From an uncultured Verrucomicrobiota bacterium (GTDB lineage: Bacteria; Verrucomicrobiota; Verrucomicrobiia; Chthoniobacterales; JACTMZ01): a DNA stretch of 64,000 bases. Positions 11,282-21,061 of this stretch are shown in pieces. Position 1 is the stretch's first letter. The number at the start of each line of letters is the position of its first letter. The notes under the pieces were generated by a model. That model saw only the letters and a program-made list of their open reading frames with translations, did no database searches and was not told the origin of the DNA. The DNA lies in the NCBI GenBank assembly GCA_903953565.1, contig CAJBKE010000033.1, positions 51,210 to 115,209 on the forward strand. Direction: 5' to 3'. A program made the position numbers and the translations under genes.

Positions 11282-11405
11282 GAATGTGCGGAAAGCGGCA
11301 CGGGGCTCCTGCCGATACCACGAAGTGAGGCGTCCTTGTTGCTGTCCGGGCGGGAGGAAACTTTTCGACAACCACGCGCGCAGCCGTTAACCAGTCCACT
11401 TTCCC

Positions 11406-11696
11406 ATGAGTGCCCCGCATCTCGATGTCCGCTATGTGGCCGATTTGGTCCGGTTGAAGCTGACCGACGACGAAATTGCCGAGCTTCAGCCGCAACTTGA
11501 CCACGTGCTTTCCTATATCGAGCAACTCAACGAGGTGAATGTCGACGGTATCGAGCCGACTGCCCACGCTTCGGCCGTCTACAATGTCTTCCGCGCCGAT
11601 AACCCGCGCGACACGTTCACCCAGGAGCAGGCCATCGCCAATGCGCCGCACTCCGGGAGCGGACTGTTTCTTGTCCCCAAGGTGGTGGAGGGCTGA
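11406..11696 (+). CDS. gatC: Glu/Asp-tRNA amidotransferase subunit C
   Basis: 96 aa, VRYVADLVRLKLTDDEIAELQPQLDHVLSYIEQLNEV. Overlaps the gatA start by 1 nt. Confidence 0.9.
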   Translation: MSAPHLDVRYVADLVRLKLTDDEIAELQPQLDHVLSYIEQLNEVNVDGIEPTAHASAVYNVFRADNPRDTFTQEQAIANAPHSGSGLFLVPKVVEG

Positions 11697-13123
11697 TGGA
11701 ACTCGCGGGAACCACCATCACGAAGGCGCGCCGTCTGCTCCAAGCCGGCGAGATTTCTCCGGTCCAACTGGTCGACGCGGTCAACGCTTCCATCGAGCAA
11801 ACCGACCCGAAGGTTGGTGGCTATCTCTCGCGCGACTACGAACGGGCCCGTGCCCTCGCGGCCGAAGCCGATACTTCTCTGCCGCTCGGAGGAATCCCGA
11901 TCGCGATCAAAGACGTGATCAATGTCCAAGGCGAGCCGTGCCGCTGCGCCTCGAAAATATTGACCGGTTATACGGCGCCTTATGACGCAACCGTGATCAA
12001 GAAACTCCGCGCGGCGGGAGCCATACCTTTCGGGCGTACCAACATGGACGAGTTCGCCATGGGGTCGTCCACGGAGAATTCGGCCATCCAGATCACCCGC
12101 AATCCGCGCGATCCCGAGCGCATTCCCGGCGGATCGAGCGGCGGCTCCGCGGCGGTGGTTGCGGCGAACGAAGCGTTGGCTTCGCTTGGCACCGACACCG
12201 GTGGCTCGATCCGGCAACCGGCCGCGCTGTGCGGTTGTGTCGGACTCAAGCCGAGCTACGGCCGCGTTTCTCGCTACGGCTTGGTGGCCTTCGCTTCATC
12301 GCTCGATCAGATCGGACCTTTCACCCACACGGTCGAGGATGCCGCCCTCGTGCTGCAAGCCATCGCGGGTCACGATCCCCTGGACTCCACGTCGCTCGAT
12401 GTTCCTGTGCCGGATTATTCGGCCACGCTGAATGACGGTGTCAAAGGCATGAAGCTCGGCGTGCCGAAGGAATATTTCGTCGAGGGCATGGATCCGCAGG
12501 TCGAGGCGCGCGTGCGCGAGGCCATCGAGGTTTACCGCGGGCTCGGCGCCGAGATCGTCGAAGTGTCGCTCCCGCACACCAAATATGCCGTGGCCGATTA
12601 CTACATCATTGCCACGGCCGAAGCCTCGGCGAACCTCGCGAGATTCGACGGCGTGCGCTACGGCAAGCGCGCCGAGGCGCCGCGCGATCTGGCCGACCAT
12701 TATGCCCGCACCCGCGGCGAGGGGTTCGGCAAGGAAGTGAAGCGCCGCATCATTCTCGGCACCTACGTTTTGAGCAGCGGCTACTACGACGCCTTCTACT
12801 TGCGGGCCCAGAAAGTCCGGACTCTCATCCGCCGTGATTTCGAGGAAGCCTTCCGGAAAGTCGATGGGCTCCTTTCACCGACTTCACCCGTGCCGGCTTT
12901 CAAGATCGGCGAACGCATGGCGGACCCGCTCCAGATGTATCTGGCCGACATCTTCACCATCGCGGCGAATCTGGCTGGCATTTGCGCCATCAGCATTCCG
13001 TGCGGCGAGACCGAAACCGACGGAAAGAAATTGCCCGTCGGCCTGCAGATCATGGCGCCATTCTTCGAAGAAGTGCGGTTGCTGCGTATCGCGCGCGCCT
13101 ACGAGTCGGCGGCTGGTTGCTGA
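11696..13123 (+). CDS. gatA: Glu/Asp-tRNA amidotransferase subunit A
   Basis: 475 aa. Amidase signature GGSSGGSAA and TDTGGSIRQPAA. Confidence 0.95.
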   Translation: MELAGTTITKARRLLQAGEISPVQLVDAVNASIEQTDPKVGGYLSRDYERARALAAEADTSLPLGGIPIAIKDVINVQGEPCRCASKILTGYTAPYDATVIKKLRAAGAIPFGRTNMDEFAMGSSTENSAIQITRNPRDPERIPGGSSGGSAAVVAANEALASLGTDTGGSIRQPAALCGCVGLKPSYGRVSRYGLVAFASSLDQIGPFTHTVEDAALVLQAIAGHDPLDSTSLDVPVPDYSATLNDGVKGMKLGVPKEYFVEGMDPQVEARVREAIEVYRGLGAEIVEVSLPHTKYAVADYYIIATAEASANLARFDGVRYGKRAEAPRDLADHYARTRGEGFGKEVKRRIILGTYVLSSGYYDAFYLRAQKVRTLIRRDFEEAFRKVDGLLSPTSPVPAFKIGERMADPLQMYLADIFTIAANLAGICAISIPCGETETDGKKLPVGLQIMAPFFEEVRLLRIARAYESAAGC

Positions 13124-14283
13124 GTGCGGAGTCGGGGCCCCAAGCTGAGGAAAAACCCGAGCGCGAGGCTGAGCGCGGCAATCACAAAAGTGGAGCGGTA
13201 TGACCAACCCACATCGATGAGCCAGGCGAGGGCGTAACTGCCCACCGTGATGCCCACGCCAAGGGCCAGCGTGAGAATTCCCCAATAGCGCGGATGGTCC
13301 GCCGCGCCCGCGATTTCGGCGGTCCGCTGCGACGAGAGGGCGACGCACGCGAGGAGGAAGAAGCCGATCCCAAACACGGAGAGGGAAATCCAAATCGGCC
13401 CGTCGCCGATCAGGACCAGAACCACCGCGGCAGTGCCCAGAAGGTAATTGGCCGACAAGCTCTGCCGGGTGCCGAGCACCCGCGCCGCGGCGCCACCGGC
13501 CAGCGCCCCGCAGAAACTGCCAAGACCGATCAGGCTGTAGTAGTAAATGCTGCTCGCCGTCGCCACATGCAGATCGCGGTGGAGATAATCCGTGAGGAAC
13601 AGCGTGTGCGGAGTGATACCCACGGCGGCAAGAAAGTAGGCGGAGCCGAGTACGCGGAGCGATTTGGCCTGGGGCGCCGTCAAGTGCGTCTTCCGTCGCG
13701 TGGGTGCGTTCGGACTCTGCGCGGAGGCGGCCAGCGGCCAGGCGACCGTTCCCACCGCCAAGGCCACTCCAGCCTCTAAAAGCCAACCGGACCCTACCGA
13801 TGTTTCGAGAAATCCGGGCAGCACGAGACTGATCATCAGGATCGTGAAGCCCGCTCCCGCGAAGATGGCCCCGCCGGCGAACTTCTTCCACCTCTGCGGC
13901 ACGGGCGCCAAGGCCAGCGATGGCGCATGGATGACCAGCACCGCACCCGCCAAACCGGTGAGCGTGCGGGCCGTGGCCAGCCAGGCAAAGCCAAGGTTCC
14001 ATGCGCACATGAGAAGACTGAGAAATACCGTCGCGATGGAAACCCGCAGGATGAGTCCCAAGGACAGGTGCTTGGGCAGGAGGATCGCGACGATGGCGCC
14101 GCCCAGATATCCCAAGGCGTTGAAACCGCCGAGGTAGCCCGCTCCTGCTTTGTCGACCCATCCCTCGGCGATCATCGCGGGGATCAAGGGAGCATAGGCA
14201 TAGCGGCAGAGGCAGAGCCCCATGCTCACCATGCAAAAACCCGCCAGCGTCGAGTAAAAAGGATTTTCCCGTAAACGCGCCAC
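13099..14283 (-). CDS. MFS transporter (YbfB/YjiJ-like)
   Basis: 394 aa, about 12 hydrophobic helices. N-terminus CLCRYAYAPLIPAMIAEGW resembles the YbfB/YjiJ family. The 3' end overlaps gatA convergently by 25 nt. Confidence 0.75.
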   Translation of the reverse strand: MARLRENPFYSTLAGFCMVSMGLCLCRYAYAPLIPAMIAEGWVDKAGAGYLGGFNALGYLGGAIVAILLPKHLSLGLILRVSIATVFLSLLMCAWNLGFAWLATARTLTGLAGAVLVIHAPSLALAPVPQRWKKFAGGAIFAGAGFTILMISLVLPGFLETSVGSGWLLEAGVALAVGTVAWPLAASAQSPNAPTRRKTHLTAPQAKSLRVLGSAYFLAAVGITPHTLFLTDYLHRDLHVATASSIYYYSLIGLGSFCGALAGGAAARVLGTRQSLSANYLLGTAAVVLVLIGDGPIWISLSVFGIGFFLLACVALSSQRTAEIAGAADHPRYWGILTLALGVGITVGSYALAWLIDVGWSYRSTFVIAALSLALGFFLSLGPRLRTQQPAADS

Positions 14284-14293
14284 CGGGGAAGCG

Positions 14294-14776
14294 TCAGGAT
14301 CCGCTGACGATTTTCTCGATCTTGGTCAGCACTTCCTGCGGCGACTGCCACTCGTTGCCGGGTTGGGCGGTGAGGGCTTTGCCTTCATTGTCGATCAGCA
14401 CAAGATAAGGAATGCCTTGCGAGGAGAATTTCCGGAACATTTCGCTTTGCGCTTTGTCATAAGCCACCGCCGGCCACTGCATCTTGTCGCCCTTCATGTA
14501 TTCTTCCATGGCGGCTTGGTCGCGGTCGCTGCTGACGAAGACCAGTTCGAAGTCCGGGTGCTTGGCTTTGAATTCGTTGTACCACTCGACGAGCTTCGGC
14601 GTGAACATGCGGCACGGCGGGCACCAATGGGCCGAAAAATAAAGCGCCGTGTATTTCGGCGAGCCTTCCACGGCGGGTCCGGTCAGGTCGCCTTTGATTT
14701 CGTCGAAAAATCCGCCGCGAACGGTGGTGGTGACGGCCAGGGCGGCCACGAGGAGGGAGAGGAGACGGTTTTTCAC
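14294..14776 (-). CDS. Thioredoxin-like (TlpA/nucleoredoxin-type) periplasmic protein
   Basis: Signal peptide plus YFSAHWCPPCRMFTP (CxxC) motif. Confidence 0.8.
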   Translation of the reverse strand: MKNRLLSLLVAALAVTTTVRGGFFDEIKGDLTGPAVEGSPKYTALYFSAHWCPPCRMFTPKLVEWYNEFKAKHPDFELVFVSSDRDQAAMEEYMKGDKMQWPAVAYDKAQSEMFRKFSSQGIPYLVLIDNEGKALTAQPGNEWQSPQEVLTKIEKIVSGS

Positions 14777-14957
14777 TCTTGGGAAAGTGGACCCGTGTCA
14801 TGACTTTGGCAACTCCGTCGTGGTCCAAGGGTGTGTTGGCCGTTGTTTTTTGTCCGGTGCGGCGAGACCAAGACCGCCGGAATGACAAACGGCTGAATAG
14901 ATTCTTAAACTGCTCTGGTCAGCGTCTCGCTGAAACAGTTGGTCCTACCGGACGGAG

Positions 14958-14972
14958 TATCGCGATCCACCT
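14958..14972. repeat. Partial copy (terminal half-site) of the GGTGGATCGCG palindromic element
   Basis: TATCGCGATCCACCT abuts and overlaps the stop codon of the metalloprotease gene. Matches the right ends of 7583-7648 and 20992-21059. Confidence 0.5.
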
Positions 14973-17673
14973 ACTGCGGCTGCGTTATGCGATAGAATTG
15001 GGCCGTGGTGGGAGGGTTGGTGTCGGTGAATTCTATCTCCCATTGCGCGGGGCCGGAATTCGTGTTCATGCGGTTTGTCCATGATCCCGCGTCCAGCGCG
15101 TCGCGACTTTGCACTGCGTAGCTTTTCCCCGGAACGGCCGGCCAGCTCAGCACTGCCCGGTTGCTCGGGTTGAAGGAAACATCGGTTGGCGCGAAGGAAC
15201 GATCCGCATCGAGGATATCATAGACGCCGTTGAGTTTTCGGTCCGCGATGGCGCTGACCGGAATGCGCAGGAATTCATTCGGCTCTAGGTTGCTGTTGCC
15301 ATTGCCAGCCGGCGCCTGACTGTTGATGCCGCCGCCGTCCGGGTTCGCATAGGCGACGGCCGCGACGTAGACGTGGTCGGGAACACGTCCGAACTCCGCC
15401 ACGAGGTCGATGACGCCCTCCATCACGCCCGAATTGACGGGGGACTTGAAAAGCGACGTGGGTGCCTCGGTGTTGAACCATCCGGCGTAGGTCGTTTCGT
15501 GTTCCCCTGCCAAATAGGGTTTGTCGCCGGGGATGGCGAGGAATCCGCTCTTGGTCCAAGGCGCCGGTGTGGTGGCTGAACCGAGCAAAGTATCACTGAC
15601 GAAAAGATGGTGATCGCTGCCAAAGCCGGAGAAGTCGTTGCCGGGCGACCAGGTGGCCACATAAAGCTTGGTGCCGCGCACTGCGGCATAGATGACCATG
15701 TCTGTGTCGGACACGCGGTAGCCGGCGAAGTCCGGTTCGCCGTCCATAATGAATTCGTCGAAGGTCGGAGTCGTCACCGTCGCGGGCGAGGAGGCTTGGC
15801 TTTCGCCGAAGGCGTTGGCGGCGGTCACGGTGTAATCGTAGGAGGTGGAGGGTTGCGCGGCGGCGTCGAGGAATTCGGTGCCCGCGATGGTGGCCAAGAG
15901 CACGCCGTCGCGGAAAATTTGGTATGAGGTGGCCGAGGGGTTCGGTGTCCAACCGATGACAATCTGCGATCCGGAAACGCGCCGCGTGCTCACGCCGATC
16001 GGGGCCGAGGGCGGAAGTTGCTGGTTGCCGAAACCGGTGAGGTAGTAGAGGCCGAGGCTGGCGTAGTCCGAGTAACCGGTGCCGAGCACATCGCCTTTGC
16101 CGGTGCCGTCAACGCGCAGGAACACGGTTTGCGGCGTGGCGAGGGTGAAAGTTGCGGTGGCAGCTAGTTCCTCGGCGGGGTTGGAGGTGGCGAGCACGCC
16201 TCCGGCGGTGCTCTCCACTTGAAGTTCCAGATCGAGATTGGTGAATGCCGCCGGTTGCAAAAAAATCGAATGCGTGCCGGCCGGAAGGTCGACGCGGAAG
16301 TAGTCGAAGTCTGCACGGCGTTCGGCCAAGCCCTCGGCGCGGTCGCCGGTGACATTGGAGGCTGTGTCGCGGGTGCTTCCGTGGTCATCGGTCAGCAGCG
16401 GAATCCGCAGGCTCTGACCCATGATGCTGATGTCGTCCTGCGTATTGTTGGCGCGGGCGTATTCTCCGCGGCTCCAATGGGTGAGCTGACGGTAATAGCC
16501 GACGCCCATGATCGGCGCCCAGCCGGTGGCGCCGCTGCCGTGTCCCTCGTAATATTCCTCGCTGGGCTGACTGCCCGAGGCGACGCGTCCGTCGTGGTTG
16601 AGCCCGAGCGTGTGACCGATCTCGTGTGAGGCTATTTCGGCGCAGCTTTTGGCCGAGGTTTCCACGAAGACCCAGCAGATTTTCCGGGCCGTGGTATTTT
16701 CGGTGAAGCTGCCGACGTAGGCCACCCCGCCTGCGCCGGGTTCCGCTTGGTCATTCGAGGTCACGATGCAATGCGTGCGTTTATTGATCGGCGCCGCATC
16801 GTGCACCGCACGGGAGGTGGTCACATTGACATCGAAAATCTCGAAGTCGCGCACCACGCGCTCCCATACTTCGTCGATCTGCGTGGCATTGAGGCCGGCG
16901 GCGGGAGCGACGATGGTTCTCCCGCTGTCCCACGAGGTGCCCGAAACCGTCTCGCCGTCGAAGTCGAGGTAGATCACCGCAACGGCACCCGGACGGCTGT
17001 TGCGCACAGTCACTGCGGCGGCACTGGTGAAGGCGCGGGGTGCCGGACCCGAAAGGGGCGGGATGCCCCGGTTCGCCGACTTCCCGGTGCGGTCCGGGGT
17101 GGCGCAGACCACATCGGTGAAAAGCCATTCCCTTGCGACATATCCGCCGTTGGTGGCGAGAATTTCATAAGCCAGGTTGCGTGAGGGAAGCTCGATCAAC
17201 CCACGGGCCTCCGCGTCTTTCCATGTCATAAACAGACGATCGCTTTCCGGATGACCATCGAGCTGTGCTGCGATGCGCGTCTCGCCGTGATCGTCCCATC
17301 GGCCGGTGATTCGTGCGGTGAAAGCGACCCCGGGAAAAAGCTCCAGCGAGATGACATTGCCGCGCTGCGCACGGCTCAGGAGCTGCGCGGTAGCCTCGCT
17401 GAAGGGCGCTTCGCGGAAGGGGAGAGGTTCGCCCAGTTCAGTGCGGCGGCGGGGCGCGTCGAGTTCATAGTCCGCCGCCATGGCCGCAAATTCCCCCTCC
17501 TCCGGCTTTTTCGTAGGGTCTGCAGACGCAGCGGTGGGTCCTGTTTGACCGGCTGCCTGCTCCGCTGTCCGCGCGCCCGCATCCGTCCTGTCTTCCGGAC
17601 GCATTCGCCAGAGGGCAAATGTGGCGACCAGAACAGCGGCCAGCAGCAAAATCAGAGTCAGGGGGCGAGGCAT
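14971..17673 (-). CDS. Secreted zinc metalloprotease (metzincin/reprolysin-like) with FN3 and C-terminal beta-rich domains
   Basis: 900 aa. Signal peptide, HEIGHTLGLNHDG zinc motif, FN3-like segment (PPSAPIGVSTRRVSGSQIVIGWTPNPSATSYQIFRDG). Confidence 0.8.
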   Translation of the reverse strand: MPRPLTLILLLAAVLVATFALWRMRPEDRTDAGARTAEQAAGQTGPTAASADPTKKPEEGEFAAMAADYELDAPRRRTELGEPLPFREAPFSEATAQLLSRAQRGNVISLELFPGVAFTARITGRWDDHGETRIAAQLDGHPESDRLFMTWKDAEARGLIELPSRNLAYEILATNGGYVAREWLFTDVVCATPDRTGKSANRGIPPLSGPAPRAFTSAAAVTVRNSRPGAVAVIYLDFDGETVSGTSWDSGRTIVAPAAGLNATQIDEVWERVVRDFEIFDVNVTTSRAVHDAAPINKRTHCIVTSNDQAEPGAGGVAYVGSFTENTTARKICWVFVETSAKSCAEIASHEIGHTLGLNHDGRVASGSQPSEEYYEGHGSGATGWAPIMGVGYYRQLTHWSRGEYARANNTQDDISIMGQSLRIPLLTDDHGSTRDTASNVTGDRAEGLAERRADFDYFRVDLPAGTHSIFLQPAAFTNLDLELQVESTAGGVLATSNPAEELAATATFTLATPQTVFLRVDGTGKGDVLGTGYSDYASLGLYYLTGFGNQQLPPSAPIGVSTRRVSGSQIVIGWTPNPSATSYQIFRDGVLLATIAGTEFLDAAAQPSTSYDYTVTAANAFGESQASSPATVTTPTFDEFIMDGEPDFAGYRVSDTDMVIYAAVRGTKLYVATWSPGNDFSGFGSDHHLFVSDTLLGSATTPAPWTKSGFLAIPGDKPYLAGEHETTYAGWFNTEAPTSLFKSPVNSGVMEGVIDLVAEFGRVPDHVYVAAVAYANPDGGGINSQAPAGNGNSNLEPNEFLRIPVSAIADRKLNGVYDILDADRSFAPTDVSFNPSNRAVLSWPAVPGKSYAVQSRDALDAGSWTNRMNTNSGPAQWEIEFTDTNPPTTAQFYRITQPQ

Positions 17674-17769
17674 GCTTGAAAACCGAATTTACCGCTCCGC
17701 GGTCGCGGCTCAACCGGTTTCAGTCGTCAGCCCCGTCTTTAGGGCAAATTGTTGGTGTGAACGCCTGCT

Positions 17770-18570
17770 TTGCCCGTTGTTTTTCCGCCGGAACGAGCGA
17801 TATTCTCCTGCGTGATCGCGCGTGTTGCCTTGCTTTTGCTGGCGGGAATCACCATGGCTCCGGCCGGTCCCATCGTCCGCGAGGCCGGTGCGATCTATCT
17901 GTCTGATTTCCACGAACGTCCGCCACGGTTCCGCCTGGTGGCGCCCGCACCGAGCTACTTCGAGACGTCGATGAAACGCTATGCCGGCACGTTGCGCTTT
18001 CCGCAGGCCGTGCAGTTGGATGCCATCGCGGTCAATGGTCTCTTGCGCGTGCGCGGCAACGCCCAGCAGGGCGGAGTGGCCGCCTGGATCGAGCCGCAAT
18101 ACGTGGCGGGTCTCCCCGAGAATTACCTCGAGATCGCGCTGCAGGCCGAGCAACGGCGTCGCGAGGTCGAGGAACTGATCGCACGCAACGAGGTGGCGGT
18201 CGGAATGTCGCTCGACGAAGTAACGCGTAGCCTCGGCAAGCCGCAGAAACGTTCCAGCCGCACCGGCCGCGAGGGGTCCACCCAGACCTACGAATACATC
18301 AAATACAAACTCATCCCGCAAACCGTCTACTCCCCGTCTTACGTCCAGTCGATTACCGGTAGCCTCCCCGACCCGCGGAAGCGGTTCGAGACGGTGACGG
18401 TGCGCGGCGGCTACGGATACGACGCCTCGACCATCTACGTCAAAGTGCCGGTCGGCACCGTGACAGTGGGATTCGTTAACGGCCTCGTCGAAACAGTCGA
18501 GGAATCTGAGGGAACACTGACCGGCGCTAACGCCACGATCGTCGTCCCTCCGATCGAGCTCGGCTGGTGA
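17770..18570 (+). CDS. Hypothetical secreted protein
   Basis: 266-aa ORF with a hydrophobic N-terminus. No recognisable domain; start uncertain. Confidence 0.45.
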   Translation: MPVVFPPERAIFSCVIARVALLLLAGITMAPAGPIVREAGAIYLSDFHERPPRFRLVAPAPSYFETSMKRYAGTLRFPQAVQLDAIAVNGLLRVRGNAQQGGVAAWIEPQYVAGLPENYLEIALQAEQRRREVEELIARNEVAVGMSLDEVTRSLGKPQKRSSRTGREGSTQTYEYIKYKLIPQTVYSPSYVQSITGSLPDPRKRFETVTVRGGYGYDASTIYVKVPVGTVTVGFVNGLVETVEESEGTLTGANATIVVPPIELGW

Positions 18571-18622
18571 GGCGCGCGTTACCGGCTTTACAAAAGGTGC
18601 CGTCGTCGCATTTTCTTGGGTC

Positions 18623-18862
18623 ATGGATGCGGCGACCGACTTCCTCCACGCCCGCTATGAAGTGCGGCGGGCGGATGGTTCCGAATTCGGCCCGGTCAGC
18701 GCGTGGACGCTGGCCGAATGGCGGGAAAACCGGCGCGTTTTCGATACCGACGAGATCCGTCGGATCAACGGCGAAACGGACCGCGAGTGGGTTGCCCTGC
18801 GTGACTCCGAGTTTCTGCGCCGCCTGCCGGACGAACCGCTCGGCTGGACCGAGCCATCCTGA
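18623..18862 (+). CDS. Small hypothetical protein, possible GYF_2 (DUF4339)-like
   Basis: 79 aa. DGSEFGPVSAWTLAEWRENRRVF resembles the GYF_2 pattern. Weak call. Confidence 0.4.
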   Translation: MDAATDFLHARYEVRRADGSEFGPVSAWTLAEWRENRRVFDTDEIRRINGETDREWVALRDSEFLRRLPDEPLGWTEPS

Positions 18863-18912
18863 ATTTTCCCCTTGCCGCAGGGCGCGGGCGGAGGATCATT
18901 ACCTTTCTGCCT

Positions 18913-18983
18913 GCGGGTGTAGTTCAATGGTAGAACGGCAGCTTCCCAAGCTGCATACGAGGGTTCGATTCCCTTCACCCGCT
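18913..18983 (+). tRNA. tRNA-Gly (anticodon CCC)
   Basis: Acceptor GCGGGTG/CACCCGC, D-arm GTTC-AATGGTA-GAAC, anticodon stem GCAGC/GCTGC with loop TTCCCAA, T-arm GAGGG-TTCGATT-CCCTT. No encoded CCA. Confidence 0.9.
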
Positions 18984-19029
18984 CTCCAATCTTGAACGTC
19001 CGCGATGGATACGCGGTCTTACCACCACG

Positions 19030-20982
19030 ATGTTTCGACCGCTTGCCTTTCTTGCCATTCTGTTGCCCGCAGTCGCCCCGGCCATGGAAACCAAACCACA
19101 AAAATCCGCCGAGCCTGCGCCGCTTGTTCCGCTGCGGGATTTTTTCCGCAATCCCGTGGCCGCGGCCTATCAGGTCAGTCCGGGCGGCGACTACATTTCG
19201 TGGATGGCGCCGTGGGAAAGTCGACTCAATGTCTTTGTTCAACCGGTCGATGGCAGCGCCGAACCGCGCCGTCTCACCTCGGCAACCAAGCGCGACATCG
19301 GCGGCTATTTCTGGTCGGCCAAGGATCAGATCGTTTACCTGCAGGACGACGGCGGGGATGAGAATTTCCACCTTTATTCGGTCAACGCTGACGGTAGCGG
19401 GCAAAGAGATCTGACGCCGTTCCCGGGTGTGCGCGTCGGGGTGGTCGATGATCTGCGTGACGACGAGGATCATCTCCTCGTCAGCCTGAACAAGCGCGAC
19501 GCGCGTGTCTTCGACGTCTTCCGCCTCAACACCCGCAACGGCGAGATGGAACTCGTCGCGGAGAATCCCGGCAGTGTGACTTCGTGGATCACTGACCACG
19601 AGGGAAAGGTCCGCGCCGCGACACAGACCGATGGCGTGAATTCCGAATTGCTCTACCGCGCTACGGAGGACGAGCCCTTCCGCAAAGTGCTCACCACGGA
19701 TTTTCGCGAGAGCGTCGATCCGGCCTTCTTTACCTTCGACAACAAGGAACTCTACGCGACTTCGAATCTCGGACGCGACAAGGCGGCTATTGTCCGGCTC
19801 GATCCGGAAACCGGCAAAGAGCTGGAGGTGCTCTTTGAACATCCCGAAGTCGATGCCGGAGGACTGCTCGCTTCGGAAAAACGCAAGGTTCTCACCGCGG
19901 CGACCTATACGAAGGACAAGACCGAATACCATTTCTTCGACGACTGGCGGCGCGGACTGCAGGAAAAGCTCGAGAAGCAGTTGCCGGGTTCCGAGGTGGC
20001 GCTCGTCTCGATGAGCCGCGACGAGGACAAATTCATCGTCCGCTCAATGAGCGACCGCTCGCGCGGCGCCTTTTGGTTCTACGACGACAAAAGCGGGGAT
20101 TTGCGCAAGCTCGCCGACGTGACCCCTTGGCTGGTGGAGGAAAATCTCGCGCCGATGAAGCCCGTTCGTATCACCGCCCGCGACGGACTCGAGTTGCCGG
20201 CCTATCTGACGCTTCCGCCCGGCAAGGAGGCGAAGGATCTTCCGGCGGTTCTGCTTGTCCATGGCGGACCTTGGGCCCGCGATGCGTGGGGATTTGATTC
20301 CGAAGCGCAGTTCCTCGCCAACCGCGGCTACGCTGTCTTGCAGGTGAATTTCCGCGGATCGACCGGCTACGGCCGCGCTTTCTGGGAGAAAAGCTTCAAG
20401 CAATGGGGCAAAACAATGCAGGACGACCTGACTGACTCGGCCAAGTGGCTGGTCGACCAGGGGATCGCCGATCCCAAGCGCATTGCCATCTATGGCGCGA
20501 GTTACGGCGGATACGCCGCATTGGCCGGCCTTGCTTTCACGCCGGACGTTTACGCGGCGGGGATCAGCTTTGTCGGTCCGTCGAACATCTTCACGCTGCT
20601 CGCCACCGTGCCTCCTTATTGGGAGCCGATGCGAAAGATGCAGTATGAAATGATCGGCGATCCGGAGACGGAGAAAGACCTGCTTACCGCGGCGTCCCCC
20701 TTGTTTTCGGCGGACAAGATCCAGTCGCCCTTGCTCATCGCGCAGGGGGCGAATGATCCGCGTGTGAAGCAGGCAGAGAGTGACCAGATTGTCGAAGCGC
20801 TGAAAAAACGCGGTGTCGATGTCCCTTACATCGTCAAGGGCAACGAGGGCCACGGCTTCGGCAACGAGGAGAATCGGCTTTATTTCTTCCGCGCGATCGA
20901 ACGCTTCCTGGCCAAACACCTCGGCGGACGTGCCGAGCAGAGCGACGAGAAGATTCCGGAGTTGAATGGAAGTAAGTCTTAG
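19030..20982 (+). CDS. S9-family serine peptidase (prolyl oligopeptidase / dipeptidyl aminopeptidase-like)
   Basis: 650 aa. Signal peptide, beta-propeller-like N-terminal half, catalytic GASYGGY, then GANDPRV and EGHGF in the C-terminal alpha/beta domain. Confidence 0.9.
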   Translation: MFRPLAFLAILLPAVAPAMETKPQKSAEPAPLVPLRDFFRNPVAAAYQVSPGGDYISWMAPWESRLNVFVQPVDGSAEPRRLTSATKRDIGGYFWSAKDQIVYLQDDGGDENFHLYSVNADGSGQRDLTPFPGVRVGVVDDLRDDEDHLLVSLNKRDARVFDVFRLNTRNGEMELVAENPGSVTSWITDHEGKVRAATQTDGVNSELLYRATEDEPFRKVLTTDFRESVDPAFFTFDNKELYATSNLGRDKAAIVRLDPETGKELEVLFEHPEVDAGGLLASEKRKVLTAATYTKDKTEYHFFDDWRRGLQEKLEKQLPGSEVALVSMSRDEDKFIVRSMSDRSRGAFWFYDDKSGDLRKLADVTPWLVEENLAPMKPVRITARDGLELPAYLTLPPGKEAKDLPAVLLVHGGPWARDAWGFDSEAQFLANRGYAVLQVNFRGSTGYGRAFWEKSFKQWGKTMQDDLTDSAKWLVDQGIADPKRIAIYGASYGGYAALAGLAFTPDVYAAGISFVGPSNIFTLLATVPPYWEPMRKMQYEMIGDPETEKDLLTAASPLFSADKIQSPLLIAQGANDPRVKQAESDQIVEALKKRGVDVPYIVKGNEGHGFGNEENRLYFFRAIERFLAKHLGGRAEQSDEKIPELNGSKS

Positions 20983-20991
20983 GTGCGCTCA

Positions 20992-21059
20992 GGTGGATCG
21001 CGCCGTCCCGGCGCGATAAATTCGCTCAACAGATCGCGATGAGGACATCGCGATCCACC
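20992..21059. repeat. 68-bp double-hairpin palindromic element, inverted copy of 7583-7648
   Basis: GGTGGATCGCGCCGTCCCGGCGCGAT...ATCGCGATGAGGACATCGCGATCCACC. Fills the gap between the convergent S9 peptidase and chrA stops. Confidence 0.85.
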
Positions 21060-21061
21060 TT

